A stretch of DNA of 56,911 bases from a virus: the IMG/VR virus record IMGVR_UViG_3300045988_169529, positions 1 to 56,911 of that record. One strand, written 5' to 3'. This document shows positions 17,001 to 27,255 of this stretch, piece by piece; position 1 is the stretch's first letter, and the number at the start of each line of letters is the position of its first letter. The notes below the pieces were generated by a model. That model worked only from the letters and a program-made list of their open reading frames with translations. It did not search any database and had not been told where the DNA came from. Made by a program: the position numbers and the translations under genes.

Positions 17001-17254
17001 GAAAGATATTGTGCATAGGAATCTGTATTTTTAAAGACTCCATTTGCATCATATATACCAATAGTACCTCCGTCCCATTTGTTAACCGAAAATTGAAGAC
17101 TTGCTATTTCATCAGTTCCGTTGCCTATCTTTTCTTCTAACTCCGACAGTTCCGTAGTCAGGTCTTTGCGTGTATTCGGATTAACCACCGCATCGGTTGT
17201 GGTAGCCGGGTAAATGGTTTGGCTACCTTTGGTCAGCTTATATATTTTTGCCAT
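14081..17254 (-). CDS. Tail spike/fibre with a pectate-lyase-like beta-helix C-terminal region (putative polysaccharide depolymerase)
   Basis: N-terminus MAKIYKLTKGSQTIYPATTTDAV. Two or three tandem ~115-aa repeat domains. Then NGNTYYLSSQGSDEHPGDTRDKPFRSL..GDVLLIERG and many short N/G/C-rich beta-helix-like rungs. Confidence 0.7.
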   Translation of the reverse strand: MAKIYKLTKGSQTIYPATTTDAVVNPNTRKDLTTELSELEEKIGNGTDEIASLQFSVNKWDGGTIGIYDANGVFKNTDSYAQYLSTIRIKLQSGDTLQCGYSTDVGENGILKNWFISKPNYVSIWRSNGHYERLTSSQVSFPYNASEDCEIVYSWYIGTSQPDDFKLNANNGMIVIQESQPTAYIQGGTTLNPSIKLRDYYSKEEILANFVSKNGSSYTELQSNVELISNNFNKIKELQLPASYFRDGYGINDGGALTPSSSVACVEFIRFNPSEPVTLTSSSGDKTLLKVLVYNEASENASEIHTVSLSNNKFDAKQYPDCIYFRFSYTPRSVESWVAEGFFGMEIETGIDKGQIDSIEASVSRLENLTSPIEEITLPETKKNSGLNASGKVTYAYYNTITDFIPFDNSVPVTIIFPTTGSYEIYRFFVYSDPSENADVIVQIDSDNNVFDATSYSSCKYFRFCISPAHNPSGVIWKAQGIFGVVIKTEQKIESGNTGPVSSGAIFEALNGLSHSINDARPYHGLSAESRFLIKREKINRQINGNTYYLSSQGSDEHPGDTRDKPFRSLSKAFSALIDGDVLLIERGSEFRDDFSLISNLQNIRISAYGLGKNPIINYLSVLTDWEKVEGYNHIYRCRVHAYQAVADRGMNQVYLDGERMCSVYDTNSMEEAEAMTYLDAHADKSSWFSGGKYIDGWSEQDCYYYISLSDSPENHTIEANRFFSKMLIGSDVSCLDFRHLILRGSGSRDGVAVGGDNIFWEDCTFMDHQHHGVVFKESYFLNCETKSSKAQGYQYHFLTSSGLSENIDLICANCRVINPGQLGSAFSGHNGGFTMEYSNWYIENCYVEGCGSVIGDTSLVNHVHVYNITLKNSGSLRGSTGLENKITYCTVFGTIVQNIGNNGLLVSGTEIKDIELINARIKIKVTDTTRQVGYSLYYKSVTDSKAIESLKICNSVIEWEMPESFTPTTAIFVSVDNTLDNARCNFDNVIFASDKNLLLGRVDTVHFTNSLFTNVILAGVSKSDVLQDCMEISKNDYDYSCLVSRARVNNGVLVVG

Positions 17255-17264
17255 AATAAATCTC

Positions 17265-17744
17265 CTATATTTCTAGATTAGTAACTGTTTCTTCTTCCTC
17301 TTCCGGTGGCAAAGGAGGTACAAAATCACTCAGCACATCTTCATATTCATTATCCGACAATGGGAACGCCTGAATCGAATTATATGCGGCATAATCGGGA
17401 TAAGATGTTATTTCCACCGTGCTTTCATCGGTTTTCCCGGTAGTCAGTACGATTCCTGTATCTTCAACGGAAACAAGGTTGCAGATGCCATCCTGAAAGT
17501 CGGAATCGGATATGAAGTATTCACGTTTTACCTTCAGCATACCGGGAGAAAAACAGGGGTTGTCAAAAGCGACAAGCAGGTTGCCGTCTTCCATGCGGCT
17601 GCAACCGACATACTCATGTCCGTCAAAGGAGGCTATGAACTTTCCCTTGAACGGATTGAAGTAAGTGAACCGGAAAGGAGTATTCACATCCCCGTTCAAG
17701 TTCTTCTCTATGATCTTAAAATCGGACTGATAATTAATTCTCAT
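17265..17744 (-). CDS. Hypothetical fibre-module protein
   Basis: 159-aa ORF tightly packed between fibre genes, with an acidic C-terminus (PPLPPEEEEE). Confidence 0.6.
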   Translation of the reverse strand: MRINYQSDFKIIEKNLNGDVNTPFRFTYFNPFKGKFIASFDGHEYVGCSRMEDGNLLVAFDNPCFSPGMLKVKREYFISDSDFQDGICNLVSVEDTGIVLTTGKTDESTVEITSYPDYAAYNSIQAFPLSDNEYEDVLSDFVPPLPPEEEEETVTNLEI

Positions 17745-17746
17745 AA

Positions 17747-18085
17747 CTATAATATTGATGTTACATCGTCTATCTCCTCGGCTGTCAGGTAGCTGGATAA
17801 GTCAACACTTCCGCCACCTCCTGTCGTGCCAGTGGCACTCCATGTTCCCTTTGTCTTGCATTGATATATAGGACCCGGTATGGTGTCACCCACAACAGCC
17901 CAGTCACCTACAACAGGAGATGGAACAGCCGCTTTCAGTGATTCAAGAGTAGGGAACAACCCCTTGTTGCGGATGCCGTTCTGCTTGACTTTTTCCACTT
18001 CGGTAGAAGTCTTGCTAAAGTTGTTGTTAAGACGGTCTGCCGCCTCACTCCAAGTTCCCGTTTTGTTAATACTATTCAGTTCCAT
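17747..18085 (-). CDS. Short fibre protein sharing the N-terminal anchor of the 1398-aa fibre
   Basis: MELNSINKTGTWSEAADRLNNNFSKTSTEVEKVKQNG compared with MELNTINKTGTWSETADRINSNFSKISIEVEEIKQNG. By-eye nt identity is roughly 80% over about 95 nt. Confidence 0.7.
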   Translation of the reverse strand: MELNSINKTGTWSEAADRLNNNFSKTSTEVEKVKQNGIRNKGLFPTLESLKAAVPSPVVGDWAVVGDTIPGPIYQCKTKGTWSATGTTGGGGSVDLSSYLTAEEIDDVTSIL

Positions 18086-18096
18086 ATCACTTCTTT

Positions 18097-21000
18097 TTAT
18101 TTAGGCAGTTGGTTTTGATCCCATACAATCTCAGAACCTTTAACCATAATTATGCGCCCTCCCATTATCTGGGTCTGATATATATAACCGTCACTTCCTT
18201 TTTGCTCGACAACCATACTGTCCGGGCGGAAATACAATACATCACTATTGGAAGGATCATTCATAAAAACACGGGGAACCATACCGTTCAATCCATATTG
18301 AAGAGATATGTCCAAAAGCGAATTACCATCATCATCATGAATATCAATTGACGGTCTTCCATATTCATCTTCAGGAAATATGGTTATCTCATAACCTGAC
18401 GGTGAGGAAACCTTCACTTTCCCGACAAATTCAGGATTTCCGTCAGCATCCCATTTAATGTTCCCATTGGCAAGCTGCCCGGAACCATCCTCATTCAACA
18501 GTATCTTACCATTGGCTATTTCAACCTTTCCCCGGAAATATCCGCCCAAAGCATAGATATATCCTCTTAAGAACACATCACCGCCATGAGTGGCAACGAA
18601 ATTCGCCATGTTCGCCCATTCCGCATCTGTGGGCTGATAATCAGGATCATTACGGAACCTCATTACAGTCAGAATCGCCTGTTCAAGTTTTCCTCCTGCC
18701 CAAAACGCCACATCATCATCGTCATTGTATATGCCGCTAACTCCGGCTGTGACCTTCTGTAACTTGCCATTCTTGTAGTTGCCTAACTGGATCATATTGG
18801 CAAGAATCAGACCACCAAGAATATCCACAGATCCATCCTTGATCGCACTGGCGATATAATTGATTGACTGGAAACCGGCTGTTGCCTTGTCGTTGTCAAG
18901 AATTGAAGGCTTCCAGTCAGTAGCGATGGTTCCACGCTCTAGCTGAAGGTCACAAACGGTTGCGGTACCACTGATAAGAAATATACCACTGCCATTGAAG
19001 GTGATCTTATGGGTATATCTCTGATAAGAGGATGTGAGAGGTTGAGAAACACTGAAAGAACCGCACGAAACAGACACAGACGTACCCTTTGCTTTATAAC
19101 TGATAACATAACTTTCCCCTTTAATCAATGATACGGACTGGGATAAGCTGCCTATTGCAGCAGAATATCCGGAAACAGCCTCACTGTCCGCAGATACGGT
19201 AGCCACTCCCGTCCAATACTTTAATTGCTTGCTATATAATTCGGTATCAGCAGACAATTGAGTATCAGAGGACAATGTCTCACTTTCATAATCTCCAGTA
19301 AACCCGGAGTTACGCAACAGATTGACACTTCCGACAGCCGCATTGTCTATCGCATCCTGAGCCTTTTGGGCCAGATCGGCAGCCGCCTGTATCTCATCCG
19401 GAAGACCTTCCATATTACGCCATCCGGTGGAACCTTGTTCGATATGAAACATACCCTTGATATCAACACCGCCTTTCTGGCTATAACGGATGTAAGTGCT
19501 CTCATCCTTGGCACCGATATAGGCATCACCATACACATTGATATAAGCGTGTCCGGTGGACTTGTCAAAGCCCAGCCCGATGACTTCTTTCCCGGCAAGA
19601 GAGAAAGAGTTGATACCTTGATAAAAAATAATGGAAGGCGAAGTTTCATTAACAGACGAAAGGATTATAGCTGCCTGACGGGTGATATCCGTCAAATGCC
19701 CAAGCCCGATGATATCATCACCGGCAGCCGGAACATCACTGTCCTTGTCAGCATTGGTTTTGCTCAAGTCAATATAGTCAGATCCTACACCTGTCACCTC
19801 ACGCCAATAGTAGCGGTTGGATACATTGTGGGATGTCCCTTCTTTAATGTTAAATTCTTGGGCTAATGCTAATGTACCTACTGTAAATTCGTTATTGATT
19901 GTCACTCCATCAACTTCTGACAAAAAGAAACAACGGTAGCTCTCATCAAGTTCCTCCACACGGACACACTTCAATCCGGCCGGAGATATGATCTGTTCAC
20001 CACCAACATGCGTCTTCTTCTTTACTTCAAGCTCGTCAAAGACAGCCTTAATCTTCACATACAAGCGGTCAACAACAGCTTGTGTCGTACCATCTTCCAA
20101 TACAGTCCAACCGCTTCCGTTCTTACCCACCAAGAAACCTTTCAAAAAGGTTACAAGGTCAGCAAAGGTATTACCGGCAATTCCATCTGCATAACCTGCC
20201 TTGATTTTCTTACCATTGACCAAAAGATATTCGTCCACATAAGATATAAGCTGGAGCAGATCCAGATTCGTATGAGTGTGTCCAATACCTCCACCTTCAG
20301 CATAGTCTGTACTTATCTTATTCAGTACATATGCAAAAATAGCACCTATATTCGTTGTCGCCCATTTCTCCGAAAACGGTTGCTGTACGGGGAACAACAC
20401 CCCCTCGGACAAGGGCTGCGAAGGAAATTCAACTAACCGAGGGGGTATAGTAAAAGAATTCAAATCAGGTATATGGATATCCAGATTATCCGGAAGACTA
20501 TCTGTTCGCTGTAGATTGAGCAACGGGCGGGCATCCGCATATCTGTAAGTAAACGTATAAGATGAAGGAAGCTCTTTGTCCGTATAGGATGTATTGTCCT
20601 CTATCACTACAATCCGTCGCAAATAAGTCTGATTATATATATATTTCTGCTTCGACGGAAGGAAATCAACCAGCCATTGACGTTCACGATTGTCAAGATA
20701 TCCGGTATTCTTCTGGAACTTACGTTCCGTATCCACCCTATATTCTTCAGATATATCATCTATCTCGGCAATATTATGAGTATGTTCTGCCAGAAAATCA
20801 AGCTGTCCGTAAGCCCGGAACGTATCCATACCTCCCAAGGAGTTTTCAAAAAGTATCCATTGCTCCTGCTCGGAAAGGATATTGCCCGCCACATAACGCT
20901 GCACATAAGTAAAACGGCTACCTGATCCATCCTCCACCCATACATCATAAAAAGAAGGAAGGCGGGATTCAAATAGTGCCATTATCACAGCATATTGCAC

Positions 21001-21528
21001 AGGAATGGTATATGCCCGTTTCTCTCCCAATGTAGCCAGTTGTTTCACCTCTTCGGTCACTTTGCCTTCATCATCGGTAAAATAGGCCTTTACCTTTACA
21101 TAGGAGGATATCACAGCATAATATGTCAGATATTCGGGAGAATAGTAAGTCACTTTCTTCACCTGTGGCTGCCAAGTTAGGAAATTAGCCTTCAAAAAAG
21201 TTTCGGCAGAGCCAGAAAAACGGTCTACCCCACAACGAAGTACACGAAATGTTATGTTCTTGTCGGCAATAACAGCCGTAAAATCAGCCGCCAGATCAGG
21301 CTGTTCATAAGGAGTGGTGATATCTTTCATTAAGAAAGATAATTGGGATTCTACAATATCCCGTATATCAATCGTAACATAACCATCTGTACCGGGAGTA
21401 TACACAGAAGACAATAGTCTGGTATTCCCTTTTGACAAGACAAAAGAGAAAGATTCCGCAGATTGGATGCGGAACTTCTCAATGTTACCGGACAGAGATA
21501 AAGCAGCAGGTTGATTCAGAATATTCAT
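18097..21528 (-). CDS. Tail-tip/baseplate hub-like protein (Tal-like)
   Basis: 1143-aa ORF, the second gene downstream of the tape measure. The call is positional and I recognised no catalytic motif. Confidence 0.55.
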   Translation of the reverse strand: MNILNQPAALSLSGNIEKFRIQSAESFSFVLSKGNTRLLSSVYTPGTDGYVTIDIRDIVESQLSFLMKDITTPYEQPDLAADFTAVIADKNITFRVLRCGVDRFSGSAETFLKANFLTWQPQVKKVTYYSPEYLTYYAVISSYVKVKAYFTDDEGKVTEEVKQLATLGEKRAYTIPVQYAVIMALFESRLPSFYDVWVEDGSGSRFTYVQRYVAGNILSEQEQWILFENSLGGMDTFRAYGQLDFLAEHTHNIAEIDDISEEYRVDTERKFQKNTGYLDNRERQWLVDFLPSKQKYIYNQTYLRRIVVIEDNTSYTDKELPSSYTFTYRYADARPLLNLQRTDSLPDNLDIHIPDLNSFTIPPRLVEFPSQPLSEGVLFPVQQPFSEKWATTNIGAIFAYVLNKISTDYAEGGGIGHTHTNLDLLQLISYVDEYLLVNGKKIKAGYADGIAGNTFADLVTFLKGFLVGKNGSGWTVLEDGTTQAVVDRLYVKIKAVFDELEVKKKTHVGGEQIISPAGLKCVRVEELDESYRCFFLSEVDGVTINNEFTVGTLALAQEFNIKEGTSHNVSNRYYWREVTGVGSDYIDLSKTNADKDSDVPAAGDDIIGLGHLTDITRQAAIILSSVNETSPSIIFYQGINSFSLAGKEVIGLGFDKSTGHAYINVYGDAYIGAKDESTYIRYSQKGGVDIKGMFHIEQGSTGWRNMEGLPDEIQAAADLAQKAQDAIDNAAVGSVNLLRNSGFTGDYESETLSSDTQLSADTELYSKQLKYWTGVATVSADSEAVSGYSAAIGSLSQSVSLIKGESYVISYKAKGTSVSVSCGSFSVSQPLTSSYQRYTHKITFNGSGIFLISGTATVCDLQLERGTIATDWKPSILDNDKATAGFQSINYIASAIKDGSVDILGGLILANMIQLGNYKNGKLQKVTAGVSGIYNDDDDVAFWAGGKLEQAILTVMRFRNDPDYQPTDAEWANMANFVATHGGDVFLRGYIYALGGYFRGKVEIANGKILLNEDGSGQLANGNIKWDADGNPEFVGKVKVSSPSGYEITIFPEDEYGRPSIDIHDDDGNSLLDISLQYGLNGMVPRVFMNDPSNSDVLYFRPDSMVVEQKGSDGYIYQTQIMGGRIIMVKGSEIVWDQNQLPK

Positions 21529-21582
21529 GTCTTTTGTTTTTATTACAAAAATAACTTACCCGCGAATCTATAGAAAGGACAA

Positions 21583-23547
21583 TCAATTATCTGCATTAGG
21601 AACGGCTTCTAACCAAAATGTATATAAAGCCCAATTCTGTGATATATATATACCAGCCGTATAGCACACATACATTTTCTTCCCTACCAAATCAGCAGTA
21701 GGTGGAGGTGGGAAAAATGGAGAAATCTCTGCATCCTTAAATGGGGATGAATTATATTCATCTTCTGATATTAGTTTATAAGAGGTTTTGCCCACCCATT
21801 TATAACCCGTATCCATAGAAGGAAATATTTCTTCAATACTTTTCGGCAAAGATACAGGCTCATATAACTGGGTAGTGTATAATTCAGACTCTATCGGATC
21901 ATTTCTAAGCCCAAGATTATAGTTTATTTTATTAGGCAATAATTCCGCACCATGTATTACAAGTTTTTTAAAAGATGAGAGAGTCATCTTCTGGTGCTGG
22001 GTAAGCAACAAATCCGCCTTAACAGTATGCATGGAATTACGTAACAACTTGTCATATTCCTTATAAAACTTTTCAAAGATTCCATAAGGCCCGTTATACA
22101 CCAATGCAAAATCAGAAAACTTATAATTTATCTCATTACGTCCAGATCTTCTATATATATAGTTACTCACAGATCCTTCAGTAAACTTCCAATCCGCTTC
22201 TTTATGCGAAAAAGCAAGCATGACATACATATTAGAAGACGAATTTGTTTCTTCTTCTGATGGTTCATTCGTAGTATCTGTTCCAGTGATTTTCATTGAT
22301 GAGTTAAGATATTGCACTTCGCCAATATACATTCCAGCTGAAGGTATACATTCAGGAACTTCGATTTTATATGTCTCAAATTCACCTCCTTCATAGTAGC
22401 GCTGACCACAATCAGCCACTATTTCAGTAGTAGGTGTTATCATACTGGACAAACGAGTACTTATTTTAAAGCCGTTGCGAACAAAATATCCTTGTCGTTC
22501 ATTAAATATGGCAGTTGGGTATTTTGATTTAATCAGTTCCAAGGAATCAAAAGTTTCAATAGTCCCATCAACAGAATCTTTCGCTTCCAATATCAGCTGC
22601 TTATATTTATCCGGGTATTCAACTCTCAATTTCCCAACCAAAGATGACGAAAGATTCACATCCGCCTTATCAGACATTAAATCATTAAACATTATAACGT
22701 CAACAGTTCGATTAACTTCATCGGTAATAAACTCACAACAGAATTTACGCCGAAACAAATCCAGAATCTTACTACAAGTTACTTTGGGAACCAGCTGATC
22801 AATACGAATTTTTCCTGTCACAATTGCGTCAGCAACATTGTTAATGAAAACCATATCGGGGAAAGGAGACGTTTTTGTAAAGAAATTATCAAGAAGAGTA
22901 TATCCAAAATGAGCGAACAAACGTTTAAGGACATAATTAGCCTTAATGAACGGTGTCATATAAAATCCGCGAGTAACAGATATTGTCTTTCCATCAATAT
23001 ATTCAGTTGTATCATTTTCATTATAAAATAAAGAGGACCTTCCATCATTACCATTCAAATATCGTGGATTGTCATTATCATCATCATTAATTTTAACGCG
23101 AAAAATAGAGAACATTTCATCTCCTCCGGATGTGTTCAGCTGTTTTAAATAAGATATGGCCTGATCCAATGTATTAATCCCATCAACTGTTTCATCTGCA
23201 AACACATCTGTAATATAAGTATTTTCCAATTTGCTATAAAAACTTCCTTCATTTATATAAAACGAAGTCTCAATGCTTTCAGACGGGGACACACTCAATA
23301 TCGCCTGACGACATGGAACAAAATATTCTCCGTCCTGAATAGAGGCATCAAGCAACTGTACTTTTTCCTTTCTTTGTATAACATTCGGGAAATTAAGAAT
23401 ATCACGATTATAAGGACTATCAGGCAAACTTACCGGCAGAGATTGCTCACCATAATCGTTAAAAAAGGGATTTGTTTTTTCAATTTCAAGCTGTGTTTCA
23501 GGAACAAGCTGATATGCTTTTCCCGATTTTGTATTAATAATCTTCAT
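21583..23547 (-). CDS. Distal tail protein-like structural protein
   Basis: 654-aa ORF whose start overlaps the tape-measure stop (ATGA). Positional call. Confidence 0.5.
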   Translation of the reverse strand: MKIINTKSGKAYQLVPETQLEIEKTNPFFNDYGEQSLPVSLPDSPYNRDILNFPNVIQRKEKVQLLDASIQDGEYFVPCRQAILSVSPSESIETSFYINEGSFYSKLENTYITDVFADETVDGINTLDQAISYLKQLNTSGGDEMFSIFRVKINDDDNDNPRYLNGNDGRSSLFYNENDTTEYIDGKTISVTRGFYMTPFIKANYVLKRLFAHFGYTLLDNFFTKTSPFPDMVFINNVADAIVTGKIRIDQLVPKVTCSKILDLFRRKFCCEFITDEVNRTVDVIMFNDLMSDKADVNLSSSLVGKLRVEYPDKYKQLILEAKDSVDGTIETFDSLELIKSKYPTAIFNERQGYFVRNGFKISTRLSSMITPTTEIVADCGQRYYEGGEFETYKIEVPECIPSAGMYIGEVQYLNSSMKITGTDTTNEPSEEETNSSSNMYVMLAFSHKEADWKFTEGSVSNYIYRRSGRNEINYKFSDFALVYNGPYGIFEKFYKEYDKLLRNSMHTVKADLLLTQHQKMTLSSFKKLVIHGAELLPNKINYNLGLRNDPIESELYTTQLYEPVSLPKSIEEIFPSMDTGYKWVGKTSYKLISEDEYNSSPFKDAEISPFFPPPPTADLVGKKMYVCYTAGIYISQNWALYTFWLEAVPNADN

Positions 23548-26500
23548 TTTGAGCCAATTTTTCTAGAACGATTCCTCAATTCTTGTTTTTTTTCAAATTC
23601 AGATAAAATAGTGTATGCATGTATTCCACCGTTTTTATCAATTCGGGACAGAATATCATTCAATTTGTTTACAGATTGAATAAAAACAGGATCAGCATAT
23701 ACCATTGAAGGCGTGTTTCCTATTGGTGAGACCTGTCCTCCATCTTGTTTCCCTACAGTTCTTGCCTGAAGATATTTGTTAAAGTCCAAAGTACGAATAG
23801 TTCCGGCCTGTTGTGCCTGATCAAGAATGGACAATATGGGTGCAATGGTAGGATTCTTCAGCGCCTCATTGCTAGCTACCCATTCCTTGGATGATCCGGC
23901 AGGACCTTCTCCTACTATGACAGTAGGTTTGTCTATAAATCCACGACGTTTAGGATCATAGACAGCCTGAAACTCTTTTCCATCTTGGGCACGAGTGACA
24001 TCTATATATCCTCCGGACTGCCTACCGGGAACACGGGTATATGATGTATTCGGAGATGTAGTTCCCGACGTGGTAGATGAGCCTTTTTTAGCAAGCAAAC
24101 CTTTTAATGTTGTTTTTGCAGCTGTTAAAGCAGCCATGATCAAGCCACTGATAATGGCGGTTCGGGCAGCAGCAGTCGCGCCAAAAGTGGCAACAGAATC
24201 CGGCTGGGCAGCACTAATAGCTGCCGCTTTAGCCTGTTCCGCAATGGCTACAGCAGTAGCTTCCGCAATTTTTTGATTTATAATTTGAGATAAGACATCA
24301 AAAAGGATATCAATCATGGTATTACCAAAAGCGGAAAGCATGTCTTCCTGCCCTGACAAAACTTTACCTAATGATTCCCCCATTTGGCTTCCATATTCCT
24401 TATACTGATCCACTTGCTGTTTCAAAGAGTCACTAATTATTTTTACCTGATCATTATGATGTTGCTGCCTATCTGCCAACTGCTTATCAAGCCACTCTTT
24501 ATTTTCATCCATGGATTTTTTATTGAGTGACACACGCTGTTGCTCTTCTTCTGTTTCAATCGCAAGTTTTCTCTGACGAAAATCCTCAAGTGCCTTTATA
24601 CGAATATCCAAAATTTGCTGTTCAATCTGTTGGCGTTGTGAAACCTCCAACCCCATTATTTTAAGCCGGGCATTAAGATCCTGCAAGGTCAAATCTTCCA
24701 TGGCCTTGTTAAATTGAGATTCAGTCTGTAGTTGTTCGTCATTATGCGCCAAATAACGTTGTTTTAACTCTATTTTTTGTTGTTCAAAAAGTTCTGTCTG
24801 CTTCTGTAATGCTTCCTTAAATATTTTTTCATTTCGTTTAGCTTCTTCTTCCGCTGCATCAGGATCAATAGGAGTTACTGGAAAACGGTTTTTATAAATT
24901 TCCTTGGCCATGCTCAAATACTCGCTTGTTGCATTCTTTTCATCATCAATCCAAGCGGAAAGAGATTCTTTATTCATCTCATTAAAACTTTTACGTTTTT
25001 CAATCATCTCTGTTTGAGTTTTAATCATATCGTCTAAAGTAGTTCCCTGCAAACGAGAAAGTTCCGCATCAACTCCTGATAATTCCTCATATAATGACTT
25101 CATCTCCTCTTTGAACTTGTTTTGCTCATCCGCAGTCATCTTTCTAGAGTTTATTTGTTCCGCATTAGGTCCATATCCCATCCCCCCGCTATAAACAGCA
25201 ATATGTTTTGCATTTCCTTCTTTATCAACCCCATAAAGCCTTTTTCCTATACTTTCTTGGCGTTTCAGACTCTTTATCCTTTCTTCAATGTTCTTTTTTT
25301 CGTTCTTGCGCTCTTCAATTTGTGATTTATTGATATAGGCTAATCTGGCTTTTTCTGTTTTTATCCACTCACGGGCATAATCAGTACTCACAGATATAGC
25401 CCTTCCATAATTGTCAAAGCCAGTAACAGCTCCTGGTATTATTTGAGCGATACGGGATATCAATTGGTTTAATTCATCTTGTTCTTGTGCGCTTAAGCTT
25501 GTTTTAGTTTTCAATTCATCATATCGGTTCAGCAAAGGGAGCAGCCCATTTTGCAGGGAAACAACCTTATTCAACTGGTCATCAAATTTTTCGCCAGAAG
25601 AATCAAGGGATTTTGATATTGTCCCCATAAAACGTCCTAAAGTTCCCATGAAGGATTTGATAGCCGGTTCAAGTTTCTTTCCTATCTTATTATAGATAGA
25701 ATCCATCTGGTCCCCTAAATTTGATTCCAAGCCAGCCAGCTCATTCATCTGGGTAGCCATAGAACCTTGTACACCCTGTAATTTGCCCAAGGACAGAATA
25801 TAGTTCTTAATTGCCATATCCGTATTCTGTACCTCAGTAGTTACACCCCTGAACGTATATGCAGTAGTTTTTCCATTCTTCGAAGCGGTAATACCAAACT
25901 CCTTCAAACGTTCATTCTCACCCGTCATGGCATCAAGCAATGCTTCAATAAACTGGTCTATATCCTTGCCTTGGGACATTGCGATATCTCCCATTGCTGT
26001 CAGTTCATCGGTAGTCGGTTTAATTCCACGGTTAACTAATTTAATATATGATTCAGTCCATTCTGACACACTGGCCGGCGTATCTTTAGCAAGCTGCTGC
26101 AACATCTTCATTGCCTTTGCCGCTTCTTCTGAAGAGCCGGTAGCATTACGAAGAGTCGCTTCAAAGCGGGCATATTCTTTACGAGTTTCATAGGATTTCA
26201 TTCCGACATCTTTCAAATATCTGACAAGTTGCACGGCTATAAAACCTTTAGCAGCCGTTTTGGCCATATTCATTGTTTTATCAAATGCAGTCAGCTGTTG
26301 CTGGGCATATTTCCCAGTACCCCTAAGTTCCTCCATCCGGCTATTTACTTTGGAAAGCTCCGCTTCAAGTTCGGCGTATTCTTCCGGATGTGTTGATTTT
26401 ACGGTATTATCCAATTGCTGACGAAGATCTTTGGCCTTTTTTCGGAGTTGTACCATAGTAAGCCCTGTAACATCCAGCTTCTTCTCCAATTCACCAATCA

Positions 26501-26738
26501 GCTTGTTATTTGTTGAAATAGTCTTATTGCTTTTTTTTATTTCTTCATCAAGACGCTGATACTCATCTGATTCTTTTTTTCCTTGAGCCTCCAAATTACG
26601 CATTAATTCACGACGTTCTTTGTTTGTTTTGTTCAACTCCCTATTAACCTTAGTGAGTTTGCGAATTTCCTGCTGTGCCTTTGATGATTCCACAGATAAA
26701 ATCCACTTGATTTCGTCTTCATTAAGTTTCTTAGCCAT
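23544..26738 (-). CDS. Tail tape measure protein
   Basis: 1064 aa, dominated by long charged coiled-coil sequence, with an Ala/Gly-rich hydrophobic block (AAAISAAQPDSVATFGATAAARTAIISGLIMAALTAAKT) near the C-terminus. Confidence 0.85.
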   Translation of the reverse strand: MAKKLNEDEIKWILSVESSKAQQEIRKLTKVNRELNKTNKERRELMRNLEAQGKKESDEYQRLDEEIKKSNKTISTNNKLIGELEKKLDVTGLTMVQLRKKAKDLRQQLDNTVKSTHPEEYAELEAELSKVNSRMEELRGTGKYAQQQLTAFDKTMNMAKTAAKGFIAVQLVRYLKDVGMKSYETRKEYARFEATLRNATGSSEEAAKAMKMLQQLAKDTPASVSEWTESYIKLVNRGIKPTTDELTAMGDIAMSQGKDIDQFIEALLDAMTGENERLKEFGITASKNGKTTAYTFRGVTTEVQNTDMAIKNYILSLGKLQGVQGSMATQMNELAGLESNLGDQMDSIYNKIGKKLEPAIKSFMGTLGRFMGTISKSLDSSGEKFDDQLNKVVSLQNGLLPLLNRYDELKTKTSLSAQEQDELNQLISRIAQIIPGAVTGFDNYGRAISVSTDYAREWIKTEKARLAYINKSQIEERKNEKKNIEERIKSLKRQESIGKRLYGVDKEGNAKHIAVYSGGMGYGPNAEQINSRKMTADEQNKFKEEMKSLYEELSGVDAELSRLQGTTLDDMIKTQTEMIEKRKSFNEMNKESLSAWIDDEKNATSEYLSMAKEIYKNRFPVTPIDPDAAEEEAKRNEKIFKEALQKQTELFEQQKIELKQRYLAHNDEQLQTESQFNKAMEDLTLQDLNARLKIMGLEVSQRQQIEQQILDIRIKALEDFRQRKLAIETEEEQQRVSLNKKSMDENKEWLDKQLADRQQHHNDQVKIISDSLKQQVDQYKEYGSQMGESLGKVLSGQEDMLSAFGNTMIDILFDVLSQIINQKIAEATAVAIAEQAKAAAISAAQPDSVATFGATAAARTAIISGLIMAALTAAKTTLKGLLAKKGSSTTSGTTSPNTSYTRVPGRQSGGYIDVTRAQDGKEFQAVYDPKRRGFIDKPTVIVGEGPAGSSKEWVASNEALKNPTIAPILSILDQAQQAGTIRTLDFNKYLQARTVGKQDGGQVSPIGNTPSMVYADPVFIQSVNKLNDILSRIDKNGGIHAYTILSEFEKKQELRNRSRKIGSK

Positions 26739-26749
26739 AATTCAGTAGT

Positions 26750-27238
26750 CTATATATATGATTGAAAATCTAATTGATCAATATCCGATCCTTCTTGAAG
26801 TTGCCGGGTGATATACTTACGTATGTCTTGAGTAAAGCCATAGCGAAGATTAGGAAGTACTTCACCGTAGATAACTCCCCAAACCACGCGGTTATAAATG
26901 GATAAATTTCTACGAAGAATAATGTTTTCCCGAAAATAAATATCAAGGAAACGCATATAAGGAAGAACGCTCATATAATATACCTGACGTTCAGTTTCTA
27001 TTATTCCTACTGGCTCTTTTTGAATTGATCGGAGCAGATTGCCGGATACGACATTCAAATTCTCCGATATGACTTCCTGTTGTATCTGCCGTATCTTTTG
27101 AAAACCGACAGATACAACATTGTGAATGAATGTTTTTTTGATAAGTTGGTCTGTTACCATAGCTTCAAATTTTATGAAGCTAAAGTAATTATAGGAAAGA
27201 AAAAGGCGAAGGACAGATTTTATACCGCCTTCGCCCAT
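26750..27238 (-). CDS. Hypothetical tail-module protein (start may be MVTDQL at 27160)
   Basis: ORF directly upstream of the tape measure. I recognised no motif. Confidence 0.5.
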   Translation of the reverse strand: MGEGGIKSVLRLFLSYNYFSFIKFEAMVTDQLIKKTFIHNVVSVGFQKIRQIQQEVISENLNVVSGNLLRSIQKEPVGIIETERQVYYMSVLPYMRFLDIYFRENIILRRNLSIYNRVVWGVIYGEVLPNLRYGFTQDIRKYITRQLQEGSDIDQLDFQSYI

Positions 27239-27255
27239 ATTATTATAAAATAAGC

